A DNA stretch of 64,000 nucleotides from an uncultured Planctomycetales bacterium (GTDB lineage: Bacteria; Planctomycetota; Planctomycetia; Isosphaerales; Isosphaeraceae). This document shows positions 1-10,800 of this stretch, piece by piece. The notes beneath the pieces were generated by a model. That model worked only from the letters and a program-made list of their open reading frames with translations. It did not search any database and was not told where the DNA came from. Location of the stretch: assembly GCA_937907525.1 (NCBI GenBank), contig CALCIB010000187.1:390-64389 (forward strand), given 5' to 3'. The position numbers and the translations under genes are program-made. Each line of letters starts with the position of its first letter. The first letter of the stretch is position 1.

Positions 1-309
1 GTCCCCACCAGACGCAGGCCCCGCGGCGACGCCGCGACGACCGCGGCGCGAAAGGCCGCGGCCGGCGAGCCGCGCGTCGACGACTCGCCGGTCGCGCGGT
101 TCGCCGAGTCCCTGAGGCGGACGACCTTCCAGGCGCGCGACGCGATCAAGCGCGCCGACCGCGACCCGCGGGTCTGGCGCGACCTCCGGCGCGAGATCGA
201 GTCCCTGGAGCGCGAGATCGACCGCCTGGGTTTGCCAGGCCTTCATCCCTTCCTCCAGGCGCTTGGGCGACGGGTCGAGGCGGCTCTTGAAAACGATCGG
301 GAACCGTGA
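1..309 (+). CDS. 3' end of hypothetical protein (partial, runs in from window edge)
   Basis: Frame +1 open from base 1 to TGA 307-309; helical-looking C-terminus (WRDLRREIESLEREIDRLGLP); absent from ORF track because it has no start. Confidence 0.55.
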   Translation, partial: VPTRRRPRGDAATTAARKAAAGEPRVDDSPVARFAESLRRTTFQARDAIKRADRDPRVWRDLRREIESLEREIDRLGLPGLHPFLQALGRRVEAALENDREP

Positions 310-539
310 CGGTTCCCGGGACGTCCAAGGGGGACCGGCGCGACGAACACCGAGACGAGGGGACGGGCGGCGGCGTCCGCCGGGGCGTATTGGAACGAAG
401 GGGCCGGATCAGGAGATCCGACCCGCTTCCCACCGGACTCGACCGCGCCCGTCGCGGCGGGAAACCGACGCCCCGGACGGAGCCGCCCCCGCCCCCGACC
501 CGCATCCGCCTCGGCGCCGCGATCGGGAGGGACGGCGGA

Positions 540-743
540 TCACTTCCCTCGACCGCCTCCCGTCTTGAGGTGGCCCGTCGGCTGGACGCCGCGGCCGCTC
601 TCGGCCACATGGCCGCGGAGCGACGCCTCCTCGGCCGTGATCTTGGCCGCCCCCTTCTCCTTCTCCCGGCCCTTGCCGGCCTTCGAGGCGGCGGCGTCCT
701 TGCCGAGTGCGTCGCTGAGCTTGAACCGACCGATGCCTGACAT
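540..743 (-). CDS. Small Lys/Gly/Ala-rich hypothetical protein (67 aa)
   Basis: GGAGG SD 5 nt before ATG at 743; MSGIGRFKLSDALGKD...; follows the monooxygenase on the same strand. Confidence 0.55.
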   Translation of the reverse strand: MSGIGRFKLSDALGKDAAASKAGKGREKEKGAAKITAEEASLRGHVAESGRGVQPTGHLKTGGGRGK

Positions 744-782
744 GATCGCCTCCATGGACCCAGTGGATTCCTCCCCGATGTT

Positions 783-2519
783 TTAGAGGAAGATACGCTT
801 GGTATAATCGCGGAAGGTCAGAGGGTCCAGGGGTCGGGCGCGGAAGCCGATGAAACCGTCGGGGCGGATCAGAAACAGACACGCCCCCTCGGCGCCGAAC
901 CGGCGGTGCAGCGCGTTGGTCGGATCGGGCAGGCGCTCGCCGCTCCAGGCGGGAGATTCCTCGATCGGGGCCTGGGGTTCCACGAGGATCGGCCGGATCC
1001 GGCCGTCGAGGTGGGGAGGGATGAACTCCCGGGCTCGGAACTCCACCTCGAAGGCGCCCGACTCCGGTCGCATCCCCTGGAAGACCAGGAGGACGTGTCG
1101 CGATCCGGGGGCGTCGTCGACGTCGGATCGCGGGCGGAAGACGACGTCGGAGAGCCGCATGGGCAGGCCGGTCGCGGGATCGGGCTGGGTGAGCAGGACG
1201 TCGGGGAGGCGGTCGCCGGGCCTGGGGCCGCGGCGGAACGACTCGGCGGCGTTGAAGCCGGTCGCCCCCTCCACGGCCGTGGCGCGGAACCACCCCGGAC
1301 GGCTCTCGGCCGTGATCGGGCTTCGGCGGTAGGCGACCGACAGCTCGGCCATCTCCCGCGAGATCAGCCGGCGGACGACCTCGAGCCTTCCCAGCCCGGC
1401 CATGACCGCGTCGCGGACGCCCCGGACCAGGGAGTTGCGCGGGGCGATCAGGCGCATGATCGCGTCGGTGGACTTGAGCACCCGCAGGGCGACCGGCCGG
1501 CGCTCGGCGTCGTAGGAGTCCAGGATCGATTCGAGCGCCTCGCCCCGGAGGACCAGGGCCAGTTTCCACGCCAGGTTCACGGCGTCCTGGACGCCGACGT
1601 TCATCCCCTGGCCCCCGGCCGGGCTGTGCAGGTGGGCCGCGTCGCCGACGACGAAGGCGCGGCCGGCGCGATAGCGGTCGACCACGCGGCGGTGAATCAC
1701 GAACGACGAGATCCACGACGCCTCGCCGATGCGCCCCCCCATGCCGGAGGCCGGCCCGGCCAACCGTTGCAAGCGCGCCAGGACGGCCTCGGGGGTCGCG
1801 GCGTCGCAACGGCCGCTCGCGTCGATCAGCCGCCAGCGGTCGTCGTCGACCAGCGGGATCGCGACCAGCGCTCCCTCGGACGTCAGGACGATCGCCGCCT
1901 CGTCGACCGACGGCCCCCAGGCGACCTCGGCGTCGGCCAGCAGGAACCGCTCGGGGTATTCCCGGCCCCGAAACTCCAGCCCCAGGCCGTGGCGGACGAC
2001 GCTCCGGGCGCCGTCGCAACCGATCAGCCACTTCGTCCGGACGCAGGTCGTCCGCCCCTCGTCGTCTTTGAGCTCGACCGTGGCGCCGTCGAGGTCGGTC
2101 TTGAACGAGACCAGCCGTCTGCCCCATTCGACCTCGCCGCCCAGATCGTCGAGGCGTTCCAGGAGGATCCGTTCGGTGCGCCCCTGGGGGAGGACCAGGA
2201 TGAACGGGAAGCGGGTCTCGTCGGGGGCGAGGGTCAGCCGGACGTCGAGGATCCGCGACGTTCCGCGGTAGACGCCGAAGCCGTGGACGACGCGGCCCTC
2301 GTCACGCATCCGCGCGGCGATCCCCATCCGGTGGAAGGCCTCCAGGGTCCCCGCGTGGACCGCCAGGGCGCGCGACTCCCGCTCGGGGGTCGGTTCGTCC
2401 TTTTCGTCGATGACGACGCAGGACGCCCCCAGACGCCGCAACTCGACCGCCAGGCTCAGCCCCGAGGGCCCCGCCCCCACGACGAGCACGTCCACCTCGC
2501 GATCGATCCAGTCCGCCAT
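783..2519 (-). CDS. FAD-dependent monooxygenase (PheA/TfdB-like aromatic hydroxylase family), 578 aa
   Basis: VLVVGAGPSG dinucleotide motif, GCDGARS, GDAAHLHSPAGGQGMN, C-terminal RPGDRLPD...LIRPDGFIG domain. Confidence 0.92.
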   Translation of the reverse strand: MADWIDREVDVLVVGAGPSGLSLAVELRRLGASCVVIDEKDEPTPERESRALAVHAGTLEAFHRMGIAARMRDEGRVVHGFGVYRGTSRILDVRLTLAPDETRFPFILVLPQGRTERILLERLDDLGGEVEWGRRLVSFKTDLDGATVELKDDEGRTTCVRTKWLIGCDGARSVVRHGLGLEFRGREYPERFLLADAEVAWGPSVDEAAIVLTSEGALVAIPLVDDDRWRLIDASGRCDAATPEAVLARLQRLAGPASGMGGRIGEASWISSFVIHRRVVDRYRAGRAFVVGDAAHLHSPAGGQGMNVGVQDAVNLAWKLALVLRGEALESILDSYDAERRPVALRVLKSTDAIMRLIAPRNSLVRGVRDAVMAGLGRLEVVRRLISREMAELSVAYRRSPITAESRPGWFRATAVEGATGFNAAESFRRGPRPGDRLPDVLLTQPDPATGLPMRLSDVVFRPRSDVDDAPGSRHVLLVFQGMRPESGAFEVEFRAREFIPPHLDGRIRPILVEPQAPIEESPAWSGERLPDPTNALHRRFGAEGACLFLIRPDGFIGFRARPLDPLTFRDYTKRIFL

Positions 2520-2776
2520 CCCGCCAGCCTCCCCGTCCCCTGGGCCCCGTCGCCCCGCCCCCGACTCGCGCCCCCCAGAGCCTCCAACACTTTGCCATAC
2601 CGCGGGCTTCGATGCCACGTCCCACCCGCCGCGCCCGTCGACGTCGGAGGATTCGCCGCCGGCGTCCTCGCGACCTAGGCTCCTCGTGGGGGGACGGCGA
2701 CGACCGCGAACGGTCCGAGCCCGGCATGGACGCCCCGCGCGGTCTCCCCGCGCCACGGAGTCCGAGGTCGTCCGTC

Positions 2777-5700
2777 ATGCCGAAACCAGCCCGTCGCCGT
2801 CGTTTCGCCCCCGAAGTGGCGGCGCTGGAGCCGCGGCGCCTCCTCGCCCTCTCGGCCCTCTGGCTCGGCCAGGACGGTTCGGATTACGTCGGCACCGAGG
2901 GGACTTTGATTCAGCAGGCTCCCAACGACTACCAGGACGTCCATTTCCGACTGACCGGGCTGGCGACCGGCAAGGCCGTGGCGCGCGTCGACGTCGAGCG
3001 CTACGGCGGCGGCGGCTGGTCCTGGAGCCCGACGGGAGGCAAGAACGCGATGTTCCTGCCCGACCCGTCCGTCCCGTCCGTCGGCGACCTCTATTTCGAG
3101 CCCTACTTCGCCGACCCCGCCGGCACGCTCTACCAGGCGATCCGCGTCACCTACGCCGACGCCACCGTCGAGCAGACCAGCCTCCGCTCGCTCTCGGCCC
3201 TCGACCCCAACCTGAGAACGCCCGGGACCGAGGTCCAGGCGACGTTCCTGGGCCAGGACGGCCAGGACTGGACCGGCGCGACGATCGCCGTGGGGCCCGA
3301 CGGCTTCCAGGACGTCCACCTGGCGCTTTCCCACCTCTCCGCCGGCGCTTCGGCCCGCGTTCGGATCACGGCCGACACGACGCCGCCGATCTCGTGGGAG
3401 ACCGGGGTCAACCCGGACGGCCGCCTCAACGCCGAACTGCTCAACCGCCCCGGCGCCAACGCCACCCTGGGGACCGCGGCCGACGTCTTCTTCTCCTCCG
3501 ACGTGAACCTCGCGGGCGTCCCGCTGACGATCCAGGTCTTCTACGACCACTGGAACCCGGACTACCGCTCATACACCAACCGCAGCGGCAAGACCGACTC
3601 GACCGTCGTGGTCGCCTCCGCGACCGTCCCGACGCTCGCCATGCCGACGGTCGTCGAGCCCGACCTCGCCGGGTTCGCGGCCCGGAGTCTTCCGCAGGAC
3701 GCCGCGTTCCCCGGACTCTCCCACGTCGCGCTCGACGCCGCCAGCCTGGCCGCCCTGGCGACGCCGCAATCGTTCGCGACGATCCGGTCGGCCGTCCTCT
3801 CCAATCAAAGCGGCGCGGCCTGGCTCTATCTCAAACCCGGCGCGGCCGTTCCGTACACCGGGTTCGGCGGGCCGACGCGGATGGCGTTCTCCCCCTCCGC
3901 CGGCGTCCTCGACTTCCCGCCGGTTCGAAGCGAGGCCGACGCGACGCTCACCCTGTTGTTGACCTTCGACGACGGCTCGCAAGCCGTCGCCCGATTCGCC
4001 GGGGCTTACGCCGACCTCGGCCGGCTGGCCGTCGACCCCCGCGTCGGCGCGGCGACCGCGAACGTGAGCGACGCCGCCGGCCTGGTCGCCGCGTTGGCCG
4101 CCGGCGCGCCTTCGATCCGACTGGCGGCGGGGACGTACGCACTCGACCGCCCCCTGACGCTCGCCGCCCCCGTCCGGATCACGGCCGACCCCGGCGCCAC
4201 GCTGAACTTCGTGCTGTCGGCGGCGGCCGGCTCGCCGTGGAACGGGGCGACCGGCGCGATCCACGTCCGATCGAGCCACGTCGCGCTGGACGGCTTCGCG
4301 ATTCGGTTCACGGGGACCGCGGCGGACTGGAACTCCTCGTCCCGTTACGTCGCGCAGGCGGGGCTGGGGACGGTCGACGTCGATCTTTCGTTCACGAACC
4401 TGGACGTCGTCGCCCCCGCCGCGGCGACGCCCGGCGTCTGGGAGACGGCCGTGGCGCTCATGAACTTCGACGACGGCGACACCGGCGTCATCGCGAACAA
4501 CGCGCTGACCGGCGGCTGGATCCAACTCGGCGCGGCGCCCTGGCTGGTGGCGGGGAACGACTACCGCGGCGCGGTCGCCGACACGATCACGCCGAGCTTC
4601 CTCGCCGTCCGCCGAAGCTTCGACCTCTCGATCGTCGGCAATCACGCCCATCAGGTCGACCCCCGAGGGATCGCCCAGCGATTCATCGTCATGGGCAACG
4701 CCGACTCGGGGCAGGGGATCGGCAACACGATCGCGGGCAACGTGATCGACGGCGGCATCGGCACGCCGACCTCGGACGTCCCGGCCGGCTGGACCAACAA
4801 CCCCGAAATCATCCTGACGGAAACATATCAACCGAGATTCGAGGGGACGCCGTCGGCCGTCTCGCCCGACGGCTTCGTCGTCCAGGTCCCGTACCTGCGA
4901 GGACCGGCGGCGCGGACCGGAGACGTGGTCTCGATCCTGACCGGGCCCCACGCCGGCGAGTGGCGGATGATCGCCCAGGCGCTAAGCCCGACTCGCTACC
5001 TGCTGGACGAACCGTTGCCCGCGGGGAGCTTCGCGATCGCGATCGGACGCGGGTACGTCGACCAAGCGTACCTGGACAACGTGATCGACCTGCGGGGCAT
5101 GGTCGCGAACAACGTCGCGGTCGTCATCAGCGGCAACCACTGGGGCCAGCGGATCGAGGGGAACTCGTTCATCGGCGGCCAGGCCCTTCGGATCGTCGCC
5201 GGATCGAGCGAGGGGGCGTTCGAGGGCCGATACCCCGCGCCCTGGGGATGGTCGCGGCTGCCGGTCCTCGACATCGTGATCGACGGCAACAGGTTCGTAA
5301 ATGCGTCCGTCGGCCTGAGCGTGGCGCACGACCGCGTGGCGAACAAGTCGAGCGCGGGGAGGACGTACCTGACGGGGAGCTTCTCGAACAACGCGATCGA
5401 GTGGGGCGACCCGTCCCGGCCGGCGGTCGTCGTCGGCTCCCCCGGCGATCCGGCGTACACCGTCGCGAATCATCCCTGGCTCACGCCTGGGGAGATCCTG
5501 CTGGAAGCGGTCGGGAACGTCGCCGACGGCGCGACGCCGGAGGCCGCGACGATCCGGGTCTACTCGGCCGTCATCAACGGCCGGCCCGCGGACGACCTGG
5601 CGTGGGCGGTCCCCGTCGCGTCGCCGGGCGTGACGCCCTCGGCGCCCGAGGACGACGGATCGACGGTCGGGCAAGGCGTCTCCGGCGCGAGTTGGGTCCA

Positions 5701-6370
5701 GTTCCAGGCGTCCGGCGGGATTCCCGTGCTCGTGACGGTCTTCACCGGCGTCGACGCCGGGGGCTGGACCCTGGAAGGCTCCGACGGCGGGACGACCTGG
5801 ACCGCCCTGGACGTCCGGCCCGGCGACTTCCTCGCGCCGGTCGGTTCGATCGCGCTGGCGATCCCCCTCGCGCAAGCCGCGATCTTCCGCTTCCTCCGCC
5901 TGGCGCCGATCCCGAGCCTTGAGCCCCCCGCCGGCCGAACCGACGAGGTCGAGCCCCCCGCCCCCGCGGTCGACCTGGCCCTGGGAAGGCCCGCCTCGGC
6001 GTCCAGCGTCGAGGGGCCGGGGTACGCGCCCGCGGCGGCCTTCGACGGCGGCGCCGCGTCGCGGTGGTCCAGCGGGCAGTGGACGTTGGAGGATCAGTCG
6101 GCCTGGATCGCGGTCGACCTGGGCGCCGAGTACGACTTCGACCGCGTCCGGCTGTCGTGGGAGGCGGCGTTCGCCGTGGACTACGCGATCCAGACCAGCG
6201 ACGACGGCCTGAACTGGACGACGGTTCGATCGGTCGAAGGCGCGACGACGGGGGGCGTCGTGGAGTTGATCGGGCTGAAGGCCCGCGGCCGTTACGTCCG
6301 CGTCGCCATGACGAAGTACGGCGCCGCCAGGAACTATTCCCTGTTCGACATGAACGTTTATGCGACGTAA
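2777..6370 (+). CDS. Large secreted planctomycete protein with N-terminal LEPRRLL motif and C-terminal discoidin (F5/8 type C, CBM32-like) domain, 1197 aa
   Basis: AALEPRRLLAL N-terminus; central IxxNxI beta-helix-like repeats; C-terminal LALGRPASASS...AFDG...RWSS...WIAVDLG...WEAAFAVDYAIQTSDDG..W...RYVRV. Confidence 0.8.
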   Translation: MPKPARRRRFAPEVAALEPRRLLALSALWLGQDGSDYVGTEGTLIQQAPNDYQDVHFRLTGLATGKAVARVDVERYGGGGWSWSPTGGKNAMFLPDPSVPSVGDLYFEPYFADPAGTLYQAIRVTYADATVEQTSLRSLSALDPNLRTPGTEVQATFLGQDGQDWTGATIAVGPDGFQDVHLALSHLSAGASARVRITADTTPPISWETGVNPDGRLNAELLNRPGANATLGTAADVFFSSDVNLAGVPLTIQVFYDHWNPDYRSYTNRSGKTDSTVVVASATVPTLAMPTVVEPDLAGFAARSLPQDAAFPGLSHVALDAASLAALATPQSFATIRSAVLSNQSGAAWLYLKPGAAVPYTGFGGPTRMAFSPSAGVLDFPPVRSEADATLTLLLTFDDGSQAVARFAGAYADLGRLAVDPRVGAATANVSDAAGLVAALAAGAPSIRLAAGTYALDRPLTLAAPVRITADPGATLNFVLSAAAGSPWNGATGAIHVRSSHVALDGFAIRFTGTAADWNSSSRYVAQAGLGTVDVDLSFTNLDVVAPAAATPGVWETAVALMNFDDGDTGVIANNALTGGWIQLGAAPWLVAGNDYRGAVADTITPSFLAVRRSFDLSIVGNHAHQVDPRGIAQRFIVMGNADSGQGIGNTIAGNVIDGGIGTPTSDVPAGWTNNPEIILTETYQPRFEGTPSAVSPDGFVVQVPYLRGPAARTGDVVSILTGPHAGEWRMIAQALSPTRYLLDEPLPAGSFAIAIGRGYVDQAYLDNVIDLRGMVANNVAVVISGNHWGQRIEGNSFIGGQALRIVAGSSEGAFEGRYPAPWGWSRLPVLDIVIDGNRFVNASVGLSVAHDRVANKSSAGRTYLTGSFSNNAIEWGDPSRPAVVVGSPGDPAYTVANHPWLTPGEILLEAVGNVADGATPEAATIRVYSAVINGRPADDLAWAVPVASPGVTPSAPEDDGSTVGQGVSGASWVQFQASGGIPVLVTVFTGVDAGGWTLEGSDGGTTWTALDVRPGDFLAPVGSIALAIPLAQAAIFRFLRLAPIPSLEPPAGRTDEVEPPAPAVDLALGRPASASSVEGPGYAPAAAFDGGAASRWSSGQWTLEDQSAWIAVDLGAEYDFDRVRLSWEAAFAVDYAIQTSDDGLNWTTVRSVEGATTGGVVELIGLKARGRYVRVAMTKYGAARNYSLFDMNVYAT

Positions 6371-6424
6371 GGCCCGCGCGGTCGGCCTTGTCGGCCCGGT
6401 CGGCGGTCGCTAGCATCGACGGAT

Positions 6425-6605
6425 CGACGGGTGCCCCCCTCGGCCCGCCGCCGAGGAGGGGAGAATAGGGAAGCCGGTGCGAATCCGGCGCGGGGCCGCC
6501 GCTGTGATCGGCCAGGACCTCGGACGTAGCGACCACTGCCTCGCTTGCAGGCGGGAAGGTCGTCCGAGGGCCGCCAGGAGCCGAGAGCCAGAAGACCTGC
6601 CCGTC
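6425..6605 (+). promoter_or_regulatory. Cobalamin (B12) riboswitch
   Basis: Ordered conserved elements: AGGGAA-GCCGGTG-CGAATCCGGC (6467-6489), CCGCCGCTGT, CCACTG (6533-6538), GGGAAGG (6553-6559), B12 box AGCCAGAAGACCTGCC (6586-6601); CCTCGGACG (6518-6526) pairs with CGTCCGAGG (6561-6569). Confidence 0.9.
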
Positions 6606-6745
6606 GAAGCGACGTCGAGACGCCCCGGCCGCGAGCGTCCGCGCATGCTTCGAGGGGGCGTCGCGCCCTCGTCGAGCCTGCCGGCCTCCGCCGGGTCGCC
6701 GACTTATCAGCCCGACCCGGCTCGACCCGACCGAAAGGCCCGACC

Positions 6746-7726
6746 ATGCCCGCCCCCCTCGCCCCGCGAACCGCGCGGCCGGCGTTCACCCTGATCGAAC
6801 TGCTCGTGGTCATCGCGATCATCGCCGTGCTGATCGCGCTTTTGCTCCCCGCGGTGCAAGCCGCGCGCGAGGCCGCCCGTCGGATCCAGTGCGTCAACAA
6901 CCTGAAGCAACTGGGCCTGGCCTTGCACAATTACATCGGCATCCACGACATGCTCCCCAAGGGAGGCTTCGGTGGGAGCGTCACGCCCGCGACCATCGCC
7001 CAGCCGGCCTTGCAAAAGACGCGGATCCAAAGCTGGGGCGCGGCGATCGCGCCTTTGCTGGAGCAATCGCCGGTCTACAACGCCATCAACCAGACGAAGT
7101 GGTACGTCGAACCCGAGAACCAGACCGTAAGCCAGACGCGGCTGGCCGCGTTCCTCTGCCCCAGCAACCCCGCGGGAGACGTCGGCAAGCCCAACGGCGA
7201 CACGCCGACCTCCACGGTCCTCTACGCCCGCAGCGACTACGGCGGCAACTACGGCGAGCGTGCCCTGCGCTGTTATCCCGGCACGGGTTGTCCCAACGAC
7301 TACGGGACGGGCGGCGGAGGCCGGGGCACGTTCCTGTTCCCGACCGAGCCGAGCGTCACGCTCGCGGCGATCACCGACGGCACGACTTACACCGTCGCCT
7401 TGGGCGAGGGGCCCAACGCCCTCCACGGCATCTGGATGGGCCACAAGAACTTCTTCGACCAAAGCGCCCCGCTCAACGCCCGCTACGGCACATCTCCGGC
7501 CGGGACGTTCGGCTCCTGCCTGATCCTACCGGGCGACCCGACGCGGAAGCCTGGACAGCTCGGCTGCGACTTCGGCCAAGAGTTCCATTCGTACCACCCC
7601 GGCGGCGCCAACTTCCTGATGGTCGACGGCTCCGTCCGATTCCTCAAGGAGTCGATGGACCTGAAGGCCTTCTCGGCCTTCCTCTCGCGCCAGGGAGGGG
7701 AAGTCATCGGCGCCGACGCCGAGTGA
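6746..7726 (+). CDS. DUF1559 prepilin-type N-terminal cleavage/methylation protein with H-X9-DG motif, 326 aa
   Basis: AFTLIELLVVIAIIAVLIALLLPAVQAAREAARRIQCVNNLKQLGLALHNY; C-terminal HPGGANFLMVDGSVRF. Confidence 0.95.
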   Translation: MPAPLAPRTARPAFTLIELLVVIAIIAVLIALLLPAVQAAREAARRIQCVNNLKQLGLALHNYIGIHDMLPKGGFGGSVTPATIAQPALQKTRIQSWGAAIAPLLEQSPVYNAINQTKWYVEPENQTVSQTRLAAFLCPSNPAGDVGKPNGDTPTSTVLYARSDYGGNYGERALRCYPGTGCPNDYGTGGGGRGTFLFPTEPSVTLAAITDGTTYTVALGEGPNALHGIWMGHKNFFDQSAPLNARYGTSPAGTFGSCLILPGDPTRKPGQLGCDFGQEFHSYHPGGANFLMVDGSVRFLKESMDLKAFSAFLSRQGGEVIGADAE

Positions 7727-7825
7727 CCCGCGGCCGCCGCCCGCTGGCGAGGCGACGGCGGCGGGGGTAAGCTCGACAGCTTGGCGACGTCTCCCGCGCG
7801 GGGGGTCGCGAAAGGAGGCCGAGCG

Positions 7826-10800
7826 ATGGCGAGCGAGAAGGCGGGGCGGAGCGACGGCGGGTGTCGACCGGGTTCGGGATGTTGCGGCCCGGCGCCGAGC
7901 CGTCGCGAGTTTCTTCAGGTGGGGATCGCCGCCGGCGCCGTGCTCGCGGGCGTCCGACCCAGGGGCGCGATGGCCGGCCCGTTCGATTCCTCGGAATTCG
8001 ACCGCCTCGTCCCCGCCGACAAGAAGCTCGACCCCGAGTGGGTCAAGGCCCTCTTCGAACGCGGCCGGCCGAAGGTCCACGAAGGGGCCGACCTGGACCT
8101 GATCGGCATGCCGGTGGGCGGGATCTGCGCGGGGCAGTTGTACCTCGGCGGCGACGGCAGGCTCTGGCACTGGGACGTCTTCAACGCCCGGATCGGCACC
8201 AACGAGGCTCACTACGCCAACCCCATGCGGCCGGCGTCTCCGGTCGAGCAGGGAGCGGCGATCCGGGTCAAGAAGGGCGACGGGGGCGAGGTCCGGACCC
8301 TCGACCGCGACGGCTTCTCAAACGTCCGCTTCCGCGGCGAATACCCGATCGGCGTGGTGACGTATGAAGATCCGAGCGTCCCCGTGAAGGTGACGCTCGA
8401 AGCCTTCTCGCCGTTCGTCCCGCTCGACGTCGACTCCTCCAGCATCCCGGCCACGACGTTGACCTACACGGTCGAGAACGCGACGGCCGAGACCGTGGAG
8501 GTCGACCTGGGCGCCTGGCTCCAGAACGCCGTCTGCCACGCGACGGGGAGGCCGGAGGAGGGGACGCTGGTCAACGAGGTCGCGCGCGGGGCGAGGCTGC
8601 TGGCGGTCGTCTCGCGCGCCCAGACCGCGCCCGCGGCCGAGGGGGCCGAGCCGGAGCGTCCCGCGATCGTCGTCGCCGACTTCGAGGGGCCGGACTACGG
8701 CGGCTGGAAGACCGAGGGAGAGGCGTTCGGAGACAAACCCAGCACCGGGACCAGGCCCGGCCAGCAGCACGTCGGCGGCTTTCTGGGCAAGGGCCTGGTC
8801 AACTCCTGGGCCGGCTCCGACGATCCGACCGGCCGGCTGACCTCGCCTCCGTTCAAGATCGAGCGGCGTCATCTCAACTTCCTGATCGGCGGCGGCGACT
8901 TCAAGGGCCAGACCTGCGTCAACCTGAAGATCGACGGTCGCGTCGTCGACTCGGCCGTCGGCGAGAAGGCCGAGGCGCTGACGTGGCGGTCGTTCGACGT
9001 CCGCAGGCACGCGGGCAGGTCGGCGGTGATCGAGCTCGTCGACGCCAAAGCCGGCCCCTGGGGGCACGTCAACGCCGACCAGTTCGTCCAGGAGGACCGC
9101 CCCCGAGGCAGCCTCGGCCCGATCGCGGAGCGTCGCGACTTCGGCACGATGGCCCTGGGGCTGATCGACCCCGACGACCGCGACGAGGTCCGCCCCGCCG
9201 CGCCCTCGGGGTTCCCGATCGCCGGCCTCTTCGGCGGCGAGGCCGATCCCAGGGCCCCGTTCGGCTCCAGGCTGGTCGGGGCGGTCGTCCGGCCGATGAC
9301 GCTCAAGCCGGGCGAGAAGGGCTCGGCCACGTTCGTCATCGCCTGGCACTTCCCGAACATGTCGCTCCCCCCCAACGCCCGCATCTCCGGAACGCCGGGC
9401 CGGTTCTACGCGACCCGTTTCCCGGACGCCCTGGCCGCCGCGCGCCATCTGGCCGAGGAGTGGCCGCGGCTGGACCGCGAGACCCGGCTGTGGCGCGACG
9501 TCTGGTACGACTCCACGCTCCCCTACTGGTTCCTCGACCGGACCTTCGCCAGCGTGGCGACCCTGGCGACCTCGACGTGCCATCGCTTCAAAAACGGCCG
9601 GTTCTACGGCTGGGAGGGGGTCGGCTGCTGCGAGGGGACCTGCACCCACGTCTGGCACTACGCGCAGGCCGTCGGCCGACTGTTCCCGGAACTGGAGCGG
9701 AACCTCCGCGAGCGGGTCGACTACGCCGACGGAGTCGGCTTCCACCCCGACACCGGCGCGATCGGCTTCCGCGCCGAGGGAGACCGCAACCCGGCCGTCG
9801 ACGGCCAGGCCGGCGTCGTGCTGCGGACCTATCGCGAGCACCAAACCTCCACCGACGACGCGTTCCTCGAGCGGCTCTGGCCGAAGGTCAAGAAGTCGCT
9901 CGAATTCCTGGCGACCTACGACCACGACGGCGACGGCATCCTCGAGGGCGGCCAGCACAACACGCTCGACGCCAAGTGGTACGGCCGAATCCCCTGGCTC
10001 TCGTCGCTCTACCTGGCGGCGCTCAAGGCGGGCGAGGCCATGGCCCGCGCCGTCGGCGACGCGGCCTTCGCCGACCGCTGCCGCGACGTCGCCGAGAAAG
10101 GCGCCGACGCCCTGGTCGATCAGTTGTGGGACGAGGAGTACGGTTACTTCGTCCAGCGCCGCGACCCCGCCCACGCCAAGGCGGTGGGGACCTACGACGG
10201 CTGCGAGATCGACCAGGTCTTCGGCCAGCACTGGGCCTTCCAGGTGGGCCTGGGCCGCCTGCTCGACGAGGCGAAGGTGAAGCGCGCCCTGGCCGCGCTC
10301 TGGCGGTATAACTTCACGCCGGACGTCGGCCCCTACCGCGAGGCGTACAAGCCCGGCCGTTGGTACGCCATGCCGGGCGAGGCGGGACTCTTGATGGCCA
10401 CGTTCCCCAAGTCGCCCCGGCCGGAGATCGACGATCCGGGGAACGTCTGGTCGACGATGTACTTCAACGAGTGCATGAACGGCTTCGAGTATCAGGTCGC
10501 CGGCCACATGGTCTGGGAGGGGATGCTCAAGGAGGGGTTGGCGATCACTCGGTCGCTCGAGGACCGCTACGACGCCTCGCGGCGCAACCCGTGGAACGAG
10601 GTCGAGTGCGGCGACCACTACGCGCGGTCGATGGCCGCTTACGGCGTCTTCCTGGCGGCCTGCGGCTACGAGTATCACGGGCCCGAGCGTCGGATCGCCT
10701 TCGCCCCGCGGTTGCGGCCGGAGGACTTCCGCGCCCCGTTCACCGCCGCCGAGGGTTGGGGGACGTTCAGCCAGCGTGGCGAGCGAGGCAAGCTGACCGC

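Noticed and set aside
409-5922. Long alternative-frame or antisense ORFs (409-2127, 906-2678, 2410-5922)
   Set aside because: Arg/Pro/Gly-rich translations without motifs that overlap well-supported genes; expected stop-codon scarcity at about 70% GC.
7981-7990. GTTCGATTCC tRNA T-loop-like sequence
   Set aside because: Lies inside the GH116 coding sequence (PFDS) with no cloverleaf.
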